DNA of 64,000 nucleotides from Alphaproteobacteria bacterium (GTDB lineage Bacteria; Pseudomonadota; Alphaproteobacteria; RF32; CAG-239): NCBI GenBank assembly GCA_017626035.1, contig JAGAJR010000016.1, positions 41,272 to 105,271 of the forward strand, read 5' to 3'. Shown piece by piece: positions 35,011 to 43,684 of this stretch (position 1 is its first letter; each line of letters starts with the position of its first letter). The notes under the pieces were generated by a model. It saw only the letters and a program-made list of their open reading frames with translations, ran no database searches and was not told where the DNA came from. The position numbers and the translations under genes were made by a program.

Positions 35011-37554
35011 ATGTTTAATTTTAAGGAAATCAAGAAAGTAATAGCAGCAGCCGTTGTGTTGTCAGCAATTGCTGTTTATGCCTCTCCGTCATTTGCGGAA
35101 GAATTGGATTGTTCTTCTAAAACCGGCTATGAAAAAATGCTGTGTGAAGAGCAAAAGGCATTGAATGAAAAGGCATCAAAAGCGACTGATAAAATTAATG
35201 AGACGCAAGAGAAAGCAAATGCAAAAGCTAATAAAACAAAAGAGAAAGCAGATGCAAAGGCGGGTAAAAAACAGGGTGAAGCAGATGCAAAAAGTAATGC
35301 TTGGTATAGTGATAGTGAAAATCGAAATGTAATAAAAGAAGGAAGTAAAATCAATTCAAAAGAAACCAGCAAAGCGGTTACGGATGCAAACAATCAAAAA
35401 ATAAAAGATGCGAATAAAAAGAAAGAGCAGGCTAGTAAAGATTTGGCTCAAGCATTAAAAGAACATGGAGCCGATAGTGCAGAAGCTAAAGCGGCACAAA
35501 AAGCTATGATGGATGCTAATAGTGATATAGCTAAAGCTCAGGCGGATCAAAAAGCTTATGATGAGGCTGTTAAAGCTCAAAATAAAGCTGACAAAGAGGC
35601 TCAAAAAGCAAAGGAAAAAGCTGAAAAAGCAGAAGCCAAAGCTGAGAAAAAAGCTATAAATGCGGCAGAGAAAGCAGAAAAGAGTGCGAATAAAGATAAA
35701 GCAAAAGCTGATAAAGAAGTAAAAAAATTACAAGAAAAATGTGAAAAAGATCCAACAAAATGTGATATGGATAAATTACAGGCAGCCCTTGCCAAGCAGG
35801 AGGCTGCGACAGCTGCTGCCGCTGCTGCAAAAAAACAGCGTGAAGATATTGACGGTACAACAGCTGCCAGAGAACAAGCTGAAGCTGATAAGGCCGCTGC
35901 ACAAGCTGCAGCTGATGGGGCTTCCGGTGATGATGGTGATATTCTTAATGCTGCTTCTGATGCAGATGCAGCTGGTGTGGCTGAAGCAACTTCTGCTCCG
36001 AAAAGATGTGAAGGGGCTAATGGTATCTTTGAGATTATCGCTTGTAAAGCAATCACAACCTTGGCGGATTTGCGTACTATCTTGTATATCATTGCTGGTT
36101 TTGGCTTGATTGCATTTGCTTGGTCGGCGATTTTTAATAAGATTAGCTGGAAGCATTTTGCCCAGATTTGTATAGCTTTGTTCTTGCTTTCTATGATGGG
36201 TACGTTTATTGGGTACTTTGGATATGATAGCAGCTATCGTGCTTTGAAGTTTGGACAGTATTTGGAAGACGGTCATCAAATAATTGATGGAAGCGGTAAT
36301 TTCATTGATGGTAACGCCAGTGGAGATGTTGATATTCCTGATGCGACAGAAACCGAAAAAGCAGCAAAAAAATGGAGCTTAAGCGATTTGAAGAGCTCAA
36401 TACAATCAGGTATCAGTGCGGTCAAAAAAGCTCATAGTACATATCAAACGGCTAAATCTACGGTTGAAAATGTTGTCAGTAACGCAAAAACAATCGGTAA
36501 TGCAATTAAAAACGGAGAAGGTGGTCTGGATGGTATCTTAAATACAATGACAACTGTTGCCAATGCAACCGGAAACATTATGAATTCCGGACAGCTGTTG
36601 GCCAATAATATTGCAGCTAATGTCGGAGGAATAGCTGAGGATATTACACAGGCAGGATTGAGTGCTGAACAAAGAGAATTAAGAGCTAAAAATCAGAAAC
36701 GATTAGCTGAATTGGAAGATCAGTGTTCAACCGGAAAATGTAATGAATCTCAGAAAAAAGAATTGGCAAGTTTGCAAAAAGCGGCAGAAGAGGGTGCAGC
36801 ATCTAAAAAAACAGGTGTTCAGAAATGGCTTGATAATGATGGTAAAGGTGGCGGTGCAACCATTATGGCTGGAATTAACAAAGTCGGCAATATTACCAAT
36901 AACGTAACTAATTCTGTAACCAAAACGGCTAACGCGGCTCAGAACGGTATGTCAATGGGTAATGATATTGGCGGCGGAGCTCTGGGTAATATCTTAGGTG
37001 CCACTATGGGGGCTGCAACCGGTGTCGGAGAAGGTATTGGCATGATGGGCGATGAAAACTTCAACTTCAAGAGCGAGGCTAAAAAACGTGAAGAAAAAGC
37101 TGCCGCAAAAGAAGCCGCTTATAAGGCCAGTGATAAATATGTAGTTGCTAAAAGTAAAGACGGTAAATCTGAAGTCCGAGGCGATGGCAGTACTAAAACC
37201 ACTCATGATAATGGTACTGTAGTGGTAACATCTAAAGATGGTACCAAAACGGCAACCACTAAGGATGGTTCAACAGTTGTTCAAAACAAGGATGGTTCAA
37301 AAGTCGTAACCAACTCTAATGGTACTGTTACAACTTACGATAAAGATGGTAAAGTTGTTAATGTTGATAAAAGCAACACCAAAGTAACTCATGGTGGTAC
37401 GGCCTCCCTTGCTGATTTGGCGAAGAAATCATCTTCAGGTAGTAGTGCAAACAATAGTAGCACGAAACCTAAAGAAGAGCCGAAGTCTGAAACTAAGGAA
37501 GAGACTAAACCTAAGGAAGAAACTAAGCCGGAAACTAAACCAGAGGCGAAGTAA
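35011..37554 (+). CDS. Giant VirB2-domain fusion protein (about 850 aa)
   Basis: Signal peptide, then a ~330-aa K/A/E/D-rich helical region. The VirB2-like two-helix core RTILYIIAGFGLIAFAWSAIFNKISWKHFAQICIALFLLSMMGTFIGY lies at ~36070-36225. It is followed by a ~440-aa tail with KDG(S/T) repeats (37150-37375) and a K/E/P/T-rich C-terminus. ATG 35011 follows GGGAGG. Confidence 0.7.
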   Translation: MFNFKEIKKVIAAAVVLSAIAVYASPSFAEELDCSSKTGYEKMLCEEQKALNEKASKATDKINETQEKANAKANKTKEKADAKAGKKQGEADAKSNAWYSDSENRNVIKEGSKINSKETSKAVTDANNQKIKDANKKKEQASKDLAQALKEHGADSAEAKAAQKAMMDANSDIAKAQADQKAYDEAVKAQNKADKEAQKAKEKAEKAEAKAEKKAINAAEKAEKSANKDKAKADKEVKKLQEKCEKDPTKCDMDKLQAALAKQEAATAAAAAAKKQREDIDGTTAAREQAEADKAAAQAAADGASGDDGDILNAASDADAAGVAEATSAPKRCEGANGIFEIIACKAITTLADLRTILYIIAGFGLIAFAWSAIFNKISWKHFAQICIALFLLSMMGTFIGYFGYDSSYRALKFGQYLEDGHQIIDGSGNFIDGNASGDVDIPDATETEKAAKKWSLSDLKSSIQSGISAVKKAHSTYQTAKSTVENVVSNAKTIGNAIKNGEGGLDGILNTMTTVANATGNIMNSGQLLANNIAANVGGIAEDITQAGLSAEQRELRAKNQKRLAELEDQCSTGKCNESQKKELASLQKAAEEGAASKKTGVQKWLDNDGKGGGATIMAGINKVGNITNNVTNSVTKTANAAQNGMSMGNDIGGGALGNILGATMGAATGVGEGIGMMGDENFNFKSEAKKREEKAAAKEAAYKASDKYVVAKSKDGKSEVRGDGSTKTTHDNGTVVVTSKDGTKTATTKDGSTVVQNKDGSKVVTNSNGTVTTYDKDGKVVNVDKSNTKVTHGGTASLADLAKKSSSGSSANNSSTKPKEEPKSETKEETKPKEETKPETKPEAK

Positions 37555-37591
37555 AAGGCGGTTGTGTTAATTCTTTAACCACTCATTAACC

Positions 37592-37633
37592 AAAACAGGG
37601 TATACTTTATAATAAGGTATACTCTGTTTTTTT
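37592..37633 (+). terminator. Intrinsic terminator/attenuator between the virB2 paralogs and virB3
   Basis: AAAACAGGGTATAC (37592-37605) pairs with GTATACTCTGTTTT (37617-37630), including one G-U pair, and is followed by a T-run. Confidence 0.55.
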
Positions 37634-37724
37634 ATGTGCGGGGAAGTGAATAAAATATGCTTTTTCTTGCATATAAAAAACATCTGCCATAGAATCAAAT
37701 AAACACAAATCGGGATTGTTGCGA

Positions 37725-38015
37725 ATGAGAGAAATGATATTAAAAGCCGTGGCTAATCCCCCAAAAATCTTATGGGGGCCGTTCTTGCCTGTGCTCATGA
37801 ATCTCGGTGTTCAATTTCCGATTATGTTTATGTTTATCGGTGTTATGGATGTCAACCCGATTGTGTTTTTGGTAAGTATTGTCTTGGGGCATTTAGCTGC
37901 GGTGGCTTTAGGTGTTCGCGATCCGCACATTTCCACCATGATTCAGGCATACGGACAAACGCACAAAACAACCTCTAACCTCTATAAAGAAAAGGGGAAC
38001 AAATTTGCACCCTGA
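37725..38015 (+). CDS. virB3: VirB3-family T4SS protein
   Basis: About 96 aa with two hydrophobic segments (LWGPFLPVLMNLGVQFPIMFMFIGVM, VFLVSIVLGHLAAVALGV). The stop overlaps the virB4 start. The start codon is uncertain (TTG 37716, ATG 37725 or ATG 37734). Confidence 0.75.
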   Translation: MREMILKAVANPPKILWGPFLPVLMNLGVQFPIMFMFIGVMDVNPIVFLVSIVLGHLAAVALGVRDPHISTMIQAYGQTHKTTSNLYKEKGNKFAP

Positions 38016-40437
38016 TTTTGACTTTTTCAGTACGTTTGTACAAGGCTTGACCAATATTGAAGTTGCTGTTGCCGTCATCGGTTTTGTTTCGGCAGCGGCT
38101 TTTGCCGGCTTGTGGGCGACAAAGCTGGGAAATCTGATTTTGCCGCAGCCGCATGAATCCCGGGTTGCGGACTTTTTGCCGTTTAACAAGCTGATGTCGG
38201 ACGGAATTACAATCCGGTGCTATAATAACTCTTTTGCCCGCGTCTTCAAAGTGGAAGGTGTTGACTTGTCCTTTGTAACCGACGAGAAGAACCTTTCCAT
38301 GATGGAGGCTCGCAAGTCATGGATTGACGGAATGTCCGATTTGCAAGTTGTCTGCCGGGTAATTACACTGCGGGAACGTATTCCTTTGGAGGAAAGCGAA
38401 GGCGATTTTAACAACCAGTTGTTGGAGCAAATTTCCGAAACATGGAAAAATAACCTGGATAGGGTTTACAGCAACCAACATTATATTATCCTTAGTGTCG
38501 CGGATCGTCCGGAAGCGTTAAAAGATTTGAACTATGCTTCTCAGGCTTTGCTGGCGACTTTGAACGATTATGGCGTAAAGCCGATGTATGAAACGGAAGA
38601 CAGTCCGGCATCCGACAGCCCTCTCAGCGTTTTCAGCAAAATTTGCAGTCCGATTTCCAAACCGGCTCCGAAAGTTCGCGGAGCAGAAGGTTTCCAGATG
38701 AATCAGCTGTTAACATCTGACCATATTCACTTTACCGGTGAAAAGGGAATTATTCGCTTTTTCTCCGGAGAAAAGGAAAAATTGGCAATTGCCATGGGTA
38801 TCCGCAGTTCCGGAGACTATATGGATGAGGGAATGATTGCTTCCTTGTTGTCTATTGACTGCGAATTGACGCTTTTGCACAATGTTAAACCGATTTTTAA
38901 GCCTTATGCCCGCGGTTTGTTAATGCAGCAACAAAGAATGGCGGCCATGACCAGTTTTTCTCCGGATGTGATTAACCAATACAGCGAAGCCTTGCAGGCA
39001 ATTGAAGATAGTGATGCCGATTATCAGGCTTTGACCGAATATGCCATGACGATTATTATCCGCGGCGACAGTCAGGAAGAAATTGAGTTTGGAGAAGGCG
39101 AAGTTCAAAGAATCTGCCGTTTGTTCAGTGTAACGCCGGTGCGTGAAGGCTGGGTCGCCCAGGCAGCGTTCTTTAACCAGTTCCCGACTTATGAAACTTA
39201 TCCGAGAACTTACCGCTACTTGTCCAGAGTGGTAGCTATGGCCATTTCCTTTGATAAACCGTCGGAAGGATTTTCCAAATCCGACTGGGGGCCTGGAGCC
39301 ATTTCCGTGTTCCGTACCACATCCGGTTCGGCTTATCGTTTCCAATTCCATGTATCATCGGAAGATGCCGCGGTGGCACACTGTTGTATTATCGGTCCGA
39401 CCGGACAAGGTAAAACAACCTTGCTGACGTTCTTGGCCGGGCAGGCAATGAGACATCCTGATTTGAAAGTATTCTTCTTCGACCGTCACCGTGGTGCGGA
39501 AATTTTTACCCGTGCTGTCGGCGGAGCTTATGTCGGTTTTGACGGCGATGAGAAAAACGTGTCTTTAAATCCGTTTGACTGCGAGACAAACGCCAATAAC
39601 AAAGCATTTCTCCGCCGTTGGCTGAAGGCTATTACCATGGTGGATGACGCTTTGTCCGAAAAAGAAATCGGCCGTGCGGTAACAACGGCATTTGATTATT
39701 TGAAGCCGGAAGAGCGTATTTTGAGAAATCTGTATAAAAGCTGCTTCTCCCCGACCGGAAATATGCGTCGTGAGCTTTTCCGCTGGGTCAATCCGGATCA
39801 GTACGGCAATATTTTCAATGCGGAAAACGATAGTTTGGACTTGCGGGCAAAACGTTTTATGGCCTTTGACTTTACGCATATTTTTGAAGATGAAACCCTG
39901 GCTCCGGCGGTAATCAGCTACATCATGCACCGAATTATGTCTGAAACCGGCGACAGCGGTGTCCCGTCTCTGATTATGATCGATGAGACCGCACCAATGT
40001 TAAAGCACCCGATGTTTAGAGATTACTTTATCATCGGTTTGCAGGAAGGACGTAAAAAACGCCAGGCATATCTTTGTGCATTCCAACAGCCGAATATTAT
40101 TGATAAACTGGGCGTCGGTGAGGTTATTCGCGGTCAGTGTCAAACGGTCTTGTTCTTCAGAAACCCGCAGGCGATGCCTGAAGACTACGCCAACTGGAAC
40201 CTGACACAAAGGGAAATTGACTTTATTTTCGGTAAAAGTTACCGCGATTTTCCGTATGCCATTCTGCTTTCTCGTCCGGCGACCGGTGAATCTGTAATTT
40301 TGGATGTGGATTTAAGCGGCTTGGGACCGTATTTGAAATTGTACAATTCCGGCCGTAAGAATGTGTTGTTGGTAGAAGAGTTGATTAAAGAATACGGAGA
40401 AAACAACTTTGTTACAAAATATTTAAATATTGCGTAA
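38005..40437 (+). CDS. virB4: VirB4-family T4SS ATPase
   Basis: 810 aa. Walker A GPTGQGKTT and Walker B-type LIMIDETAPML. Overall VirB4/TrbE length, and positioned directly after virB3. Confidence 0.92.
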   Translation: MHPDFDFFSTFVQGLTNIEVAVAVIGFVSAAAFAGLWATKLGNLILPQPHESRVADFLPFNKLMSDGITIRCYNNSFARVFKVEGVDLSFVTDEKNLSMMEARKSWIDGMSDLQVVCRVITLRERIPLEESEGDFNNQLLEQISETWKNNLDRVYSNQHYIILSVADRPEALKDLNYASQALLATLNDYGVKPMYETEDSPASDSPLSVFSKICSPISKPAPKVRGAEGFQMNQLLTSDHIHFTGEKGIIRFFSGEKEKLAIAMGIRSSGDYMDEGMIASLLSIDCELTLLHNVKPIFKPYARGLLMQQQRMAAMTSFSPDVINQYSEALQAIEDSDADYQALTEYAMTIIIRGDSQEEIEFGEGEVQRICRLFSVTPVREGWVAQAAFFNQFPTYETYPRTYRYLSRVVAMAISFDKPSEGFSKSDWGPGAISVFRTTSGSAYRFQFHVSSEDAAVAHCCIIGPTGQGKTTLLTFLAGQAMRHPDLKVFFFDRHRGAEIFTRAVGGAYVGFDGDEKNVSLNPFDCETNANNKAFLRRWLKAITMVDDALSEKEIGRAVTTAFDYLKPEERILRNLYKSCFSPTGNMRRELFRWVNPDQYGNIFNAENDSLDLRAKRFMAFDFTHIFEDETLAPAVISYIMHRIMSETGDSGVPSLIMIDETAPMLKHPMFRDYFIIGLQEGRKKRQAYLCAFQQPNIIDKLGVGEVIRGQCQTVLFFRNPQAMPEDYANWNLTQREIDFIFGKSYRDFPYAILLSRPATGESVILDVDLSGLGPYLKLYNSGRKNVLLVEELIKEYGENNFVTKYLNIA

Positions 40438-40514
40438 TGAAGATAATTGCCATTTATAAATAAGTGATTTTTTGCTATCATAGAAGTAACGGCAAAAGTC
40501 AGGTGGAGGTCAAA

Positions 40515-42890
40515 ATGGAAAAGAATAAAAGTAAGAATCTGCTGGCCCTGTTAGGAGGCATTTTGCTGATGTCGTTTCCTTTGAAAGCACAAGCACAGTG
40601 GCCGACATTCGATGTGGCTGCCATTAAACAAGCCATTACCTCCAATATTGAATTGGTAAAACAATCAAAAATCGTAACGGATGCAACGTCTTTGGCCGGA
40701 AAAATCAATTCCGGCATCGGCGATGCCAAAGCCAGTATGTCTAAGTATGCCGGCGATAACCTGGAAAAAGCCAAGGAAAAAGCAGAAAAAGTCAAGAAAG
40801 AAAAAAGTCGTCTTGATAAGATGAAAGAAAAATATAACAAAGCTAAAGAATATGCCGAGAAGAAAAAGCAAGAGTTGGAAGAGGCAAAAGCCTGGGCTGA
40901 AGAGCAAAAGTCCAAAGCGATGGCTCTAAAAGACGAAGCTATGAGTTATAAAGATTTGGCAACAGAGGGAGTTGGTGCTGTTAAAGATTTTGCCGCTGAT
41001 GTTAAAAGTACGGCTTCCGACGCAACCAGTATGGCCGGAGATTTGAAAAGTGCTGCCGGAGCCAAATTGGGTGCGGTCAAGAGTCAGGCCGGTTTGGATA
41101 CGGCGGATGCCGTTGATAATGATATTTATGACCAGCTTCAAATCACTTCGGATGATAAAGTTTATGGCGATGACGATTTTGGTATGGCAAACCTTGATCC
41201 TGAACTTCAAGGCCAGATTAATCAACAGATTGCCGGTAAGTTTATGGAGGATATCCGCGGAGCCGAAAACGAAAGAGATGCGGCTTTGGCGAGATTGGAA
41301 GAATTGCGTGCTAACGGTGAAGATACTTCCGAAGCTGAACAGGCTTTGGCTGAGGCAGAAAGTCGTCTGAGAGATATGAAACAGGGATATCAACAGGTTT
41401 TGGATGACAAAGGCATAGAACTTCCGAACGGAGAAAGATTCTTTACGAAGGGCGGAAATGCGGTTAATCAGAATGCGTATGAGGAAATGGCTCGTGCCGC
41501 AGCTGCCAATAACGGCGGTGTGGATATGGATGCCATGATGCAGGATGAATATGAGAAAGCCGCCAGAGCAGCAGGAAGTATGGGTGTTTCTGCAGATTTC
41601 AAAGTTGATAAGAAAGCGGCTGTTGAAGCGGTTGGAGATGTCGCTCCGGTTAAAGCTTTGAGCAAAGCAGACGGAATAAGCAAGGCTGCCGTTGCTGAAA
41701 TGCCGAAAAAACTTGATAAAGCAGGTGTAAGTTTGAATAAGGCGGAAGTTGCGGCCCCGGCATTGTCAAAAGCAAGCGTTGCGGCTCCTCTTGCAATGGA
41801 GAAAAAGGCCGCTCCGAGTGTTAATAAAAACGGACAGCCGAAAGTTTCAGGAAGAAAGGCCTTCCAAAAACGTTCGGATATCGGCTTGGAAAGTAAGAAT
41901 AAATTTGTGAGTCGTTCCTTTTCCGAAACAGTCAGTTTTGCTGATGTAGCCGTCGGAATGACAGATAATACGTTTGACGGGGAATTTGTCGCGTCCGAAA
42001 GTTTTTTTGATTATTGCGGTTTCAATGCCAAAGATGCCAATGAGGAAAATATTACCGATTGCATTAAAAAGATTATTGAAGCCGCAGAAAGTGAAAACCA
42101 ACAGGATGCCGCTACTGCTCAGGCATTGCTCAGTGATTTTGGTTCGGAAACGGTTATCGGTATGGCTGCCAAAGGGATGAAAAATCGTAAAGACGTTGCC
42201 GGAAACGATGAAAAACAGGATAAATTGAATGAAACGGCCGGAAGTGCAGATAACCAAAGGGATGATACAGCGGCTTTGGTCATGAATGATAAAGAGCTTC
42301 AGGTCTTAGGCGATGGCTTATTGGGAGTATATGCCTCCAAATTGATTTTGGACAGTTTTTCCAATCTGTCATTTGTGAAAGTAACGGATACCGAAGAAGT
42401 AATGCAGGATCCGGAACATGATATGGTTGATGCAACATTTGACGGCAAATTTGCCGGAGCTCCTGCAATGTATGAAATTTGTGAGTTTAGTGCCAAGGAT
42501 GTTTCCGAGGATAGTGCGGAAGTAACCGAGTGTATGGAAAAGATAGTTCAAGATAAGAACGATCCTGATATGAAAATTGCCGCAGAGGGATTGGAAAATT
42601 ATAATAAAGTCAGAGGAGGAACCAGTATCGGTATGGTTCCCGTGGCTTTGGATGCTATAAAAGAAGTGGCATATAATGATGCCAAAGTCGAAAAGATTGA
42701 AGAGGAAGCCGGAGATGCCAAAAACGCTACGGCGGATGTCGGAGCATTAACGCTTTCCAATAAAGAGATTTTGGTTAAATTCAATAAAGTATTAGATATT
42801 TTTTCAGCTCAACTGCTTCTTGATTCCCTTTCAAATGTGGGCGGATTAAACAGTCAGGCTCTACCTTCGGCAGTGGGAGAACAGGGATGA
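40515..42890 (+). CDS. Large secreted coiled-coil protein with VirB5/TrbJ-like N-terminus and a duplicated C-terminal domain
   Basis: Signal peptide ending KAQAQ. The mature N-terminus WPTFDVAAIKQAITSNIELVKQ resembles the (I/V)PV.D..........Q start of VirB5/TrbJ. There are two tandem ~140-aa Cys-containing domains (~41961-42385 and ~42425-42850). ATG 40515 follows GGTGGAGG. Confidence 0.6.
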   Translation: MEKNKSKNLLALLGGILLMSFPLKAQAQWPTFDVAAIKQAITSNIELVKQSKIVTDATSLAGKINSGIGDAKASMSKYAGDNLEKAKEKAEKVKKEKSRLDKMKEKYNKAKEYAEKKKQELEEAKAWAEEQKSKAMALKDEAMSYKDLATEGVGAVKDFAADVKSTASDATSMAGDLKSAAGAKLGAVKSQAGLDTADAVDNDIYDQLQITSDDKVYGDDDFGMANLDPELQGQINQQIAGKFMEDIRGAENERDAALARLEELRANGEDTSEAEQALAEAESRLRDMKQGYQQVLDDKGIELPNGERFFTKGGNAVNQNAYEEMARAAAANNGGVDMDAMMQDEYEKAARAAGSMGVSADFKVDKKAAVEAVGDVAPVKALSKADGISKAAVAEMPKKLDKAGVSLNKAEVAAPALSKASVAAPLAMEKKAAPSVNKNGQPKVSGRKAFQKRSDIGLESKNKFVSRSFSETVSFADVAVGMTDNTFDGEFVASESFFDYCGFNAKDANEENITDCIKKIIEAAESENQQDAATAQALLSDFGSETVIGMAAKGMKNRKDVAGNDEKQDKLNETAGSADNQRDDTAALVMNDKELQVLGDGLLGVYASKLILDSFSNLSFVKVTDTEEVMQDPEHDMVDATFDGKFAGAPAMYEICEFSAKDVSEDSAEVTECMEKIVQDKNDPDMKIAAEGLENYNKVRGGTSIGMVPVALDAIKEVAYNDAKVEKIEEEAGDAKNATADVGALTLSNKEILVKFNKVLDIFSAQLLLDSLSNVGGLNSQALPSAVGEQG

Positions 42891-43675
42891 TGAAAAAAAA
42901 TATATTAATTCTCTTTTTCTTATCATCTGTCAGCTTTCTGGGCATAAAGAACGCTGCTGCTGATATTGAAGCTCCTCAGGCGGTTTTTGGACAGATTGAA
43001 TCCGGTGTGAAAGAAGCAACGGCAATCAAAGATGAATTGGGAAAGATGCAGGAAGAAATGCGTTCGGCAATGGAAGGTGTGGCCGGGCCGATAAAACAGG
43101 CCGTGGCAACCGGTATGGATGCCGCTGCCCAGGCCAAATCAGCTGCCGCTCAAGCCCAGTCCATGGCTTCTGATCCGACAGGAACGGCCATGTCTGCCGT
43201 AGACGGAGGCTTATCTTTGCCGTCCTTGAATCTGAAACAGCCGAGTTTCATTAAAGACGTGGATGATCAGGAAGAAACGTCTAAGGCGATTGTTGCCAAC
43301 TATATGGTTCAACGCGGAGCTAAAGTTGACGGAAAGTTGGATACCAATCAGGCTGTTCAGTTGCAAAATGAAAAATTTATGGTCATTCAGCGGGATAATT
43401 TTGCCAAACTGTACTCGGCAGCGTTCACTATTCGAGCAAATATGGCCAAAGAACGGTTGGCAGAAAAGAAAGATGTGTTGGAAGAATGTTCTAAACAAAG
43501 CGATGGCAATTCCAATACGCGTTGTGTTAAACTGGCAATCAGAGAAAAAGCTGATACGACGGCTCGCCGCATGGGACGTATTTTAGGTTTGGAGCTGGCA
43601 ATTTTTGAATTGGGAATTACTCAACAGGCCGGTGTTTATCAAAAACAGGTTGATGAAGACGAGGAAGAAGAATAG
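42887..43675 (+). CDS. Secreted helical hypothetical protein (T4SS operon)
   Basis: 262 aa with a signal peptide and an acidic C-terminus (DEDEEEE). ATGATG overlaps the upstream stop. Size and position are compatible with a VirB5-like minor pilus component, but I saw no diagnostic motif. Confidence 0.55.
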   Translation: MMKKNILILFFLSSVSFLGIKNAAADIEAPQAVFGQIESGVKEATAIKDELGKMQEEMRSAMEGVAGPIKQAVATGMDAAAQAKSAAAQAQSMASDPTGTAMSAVDGGLSLPSLNLKQPSFIKDVDDQEETSKAIVANYMVQRGAKVDGKLDTNQAVQLQNEKFMVIQRDNFAKLYSAAFTIRANMAKERLAEKKDVLEECSKQSDGNSNTRCVKLAIREKADTTARRMGRILGLELAIFELGITQQAGVYQKQVDEDEEEE

Positions 43676-43684
43676 GGGGCTGGC

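Noticed and set aside
35601-36279. Several overlapping ORFs (163, 167, 122 and 82 aa) on both strands in the K/A/E-rich part of the VirB2-fusion gene
   Set aside because: The GCN/AAR-rich repetitive coding sequence keeps multiple frames open. Only the long plus-strand frame connects to a signal peptide and the VirB2 core.
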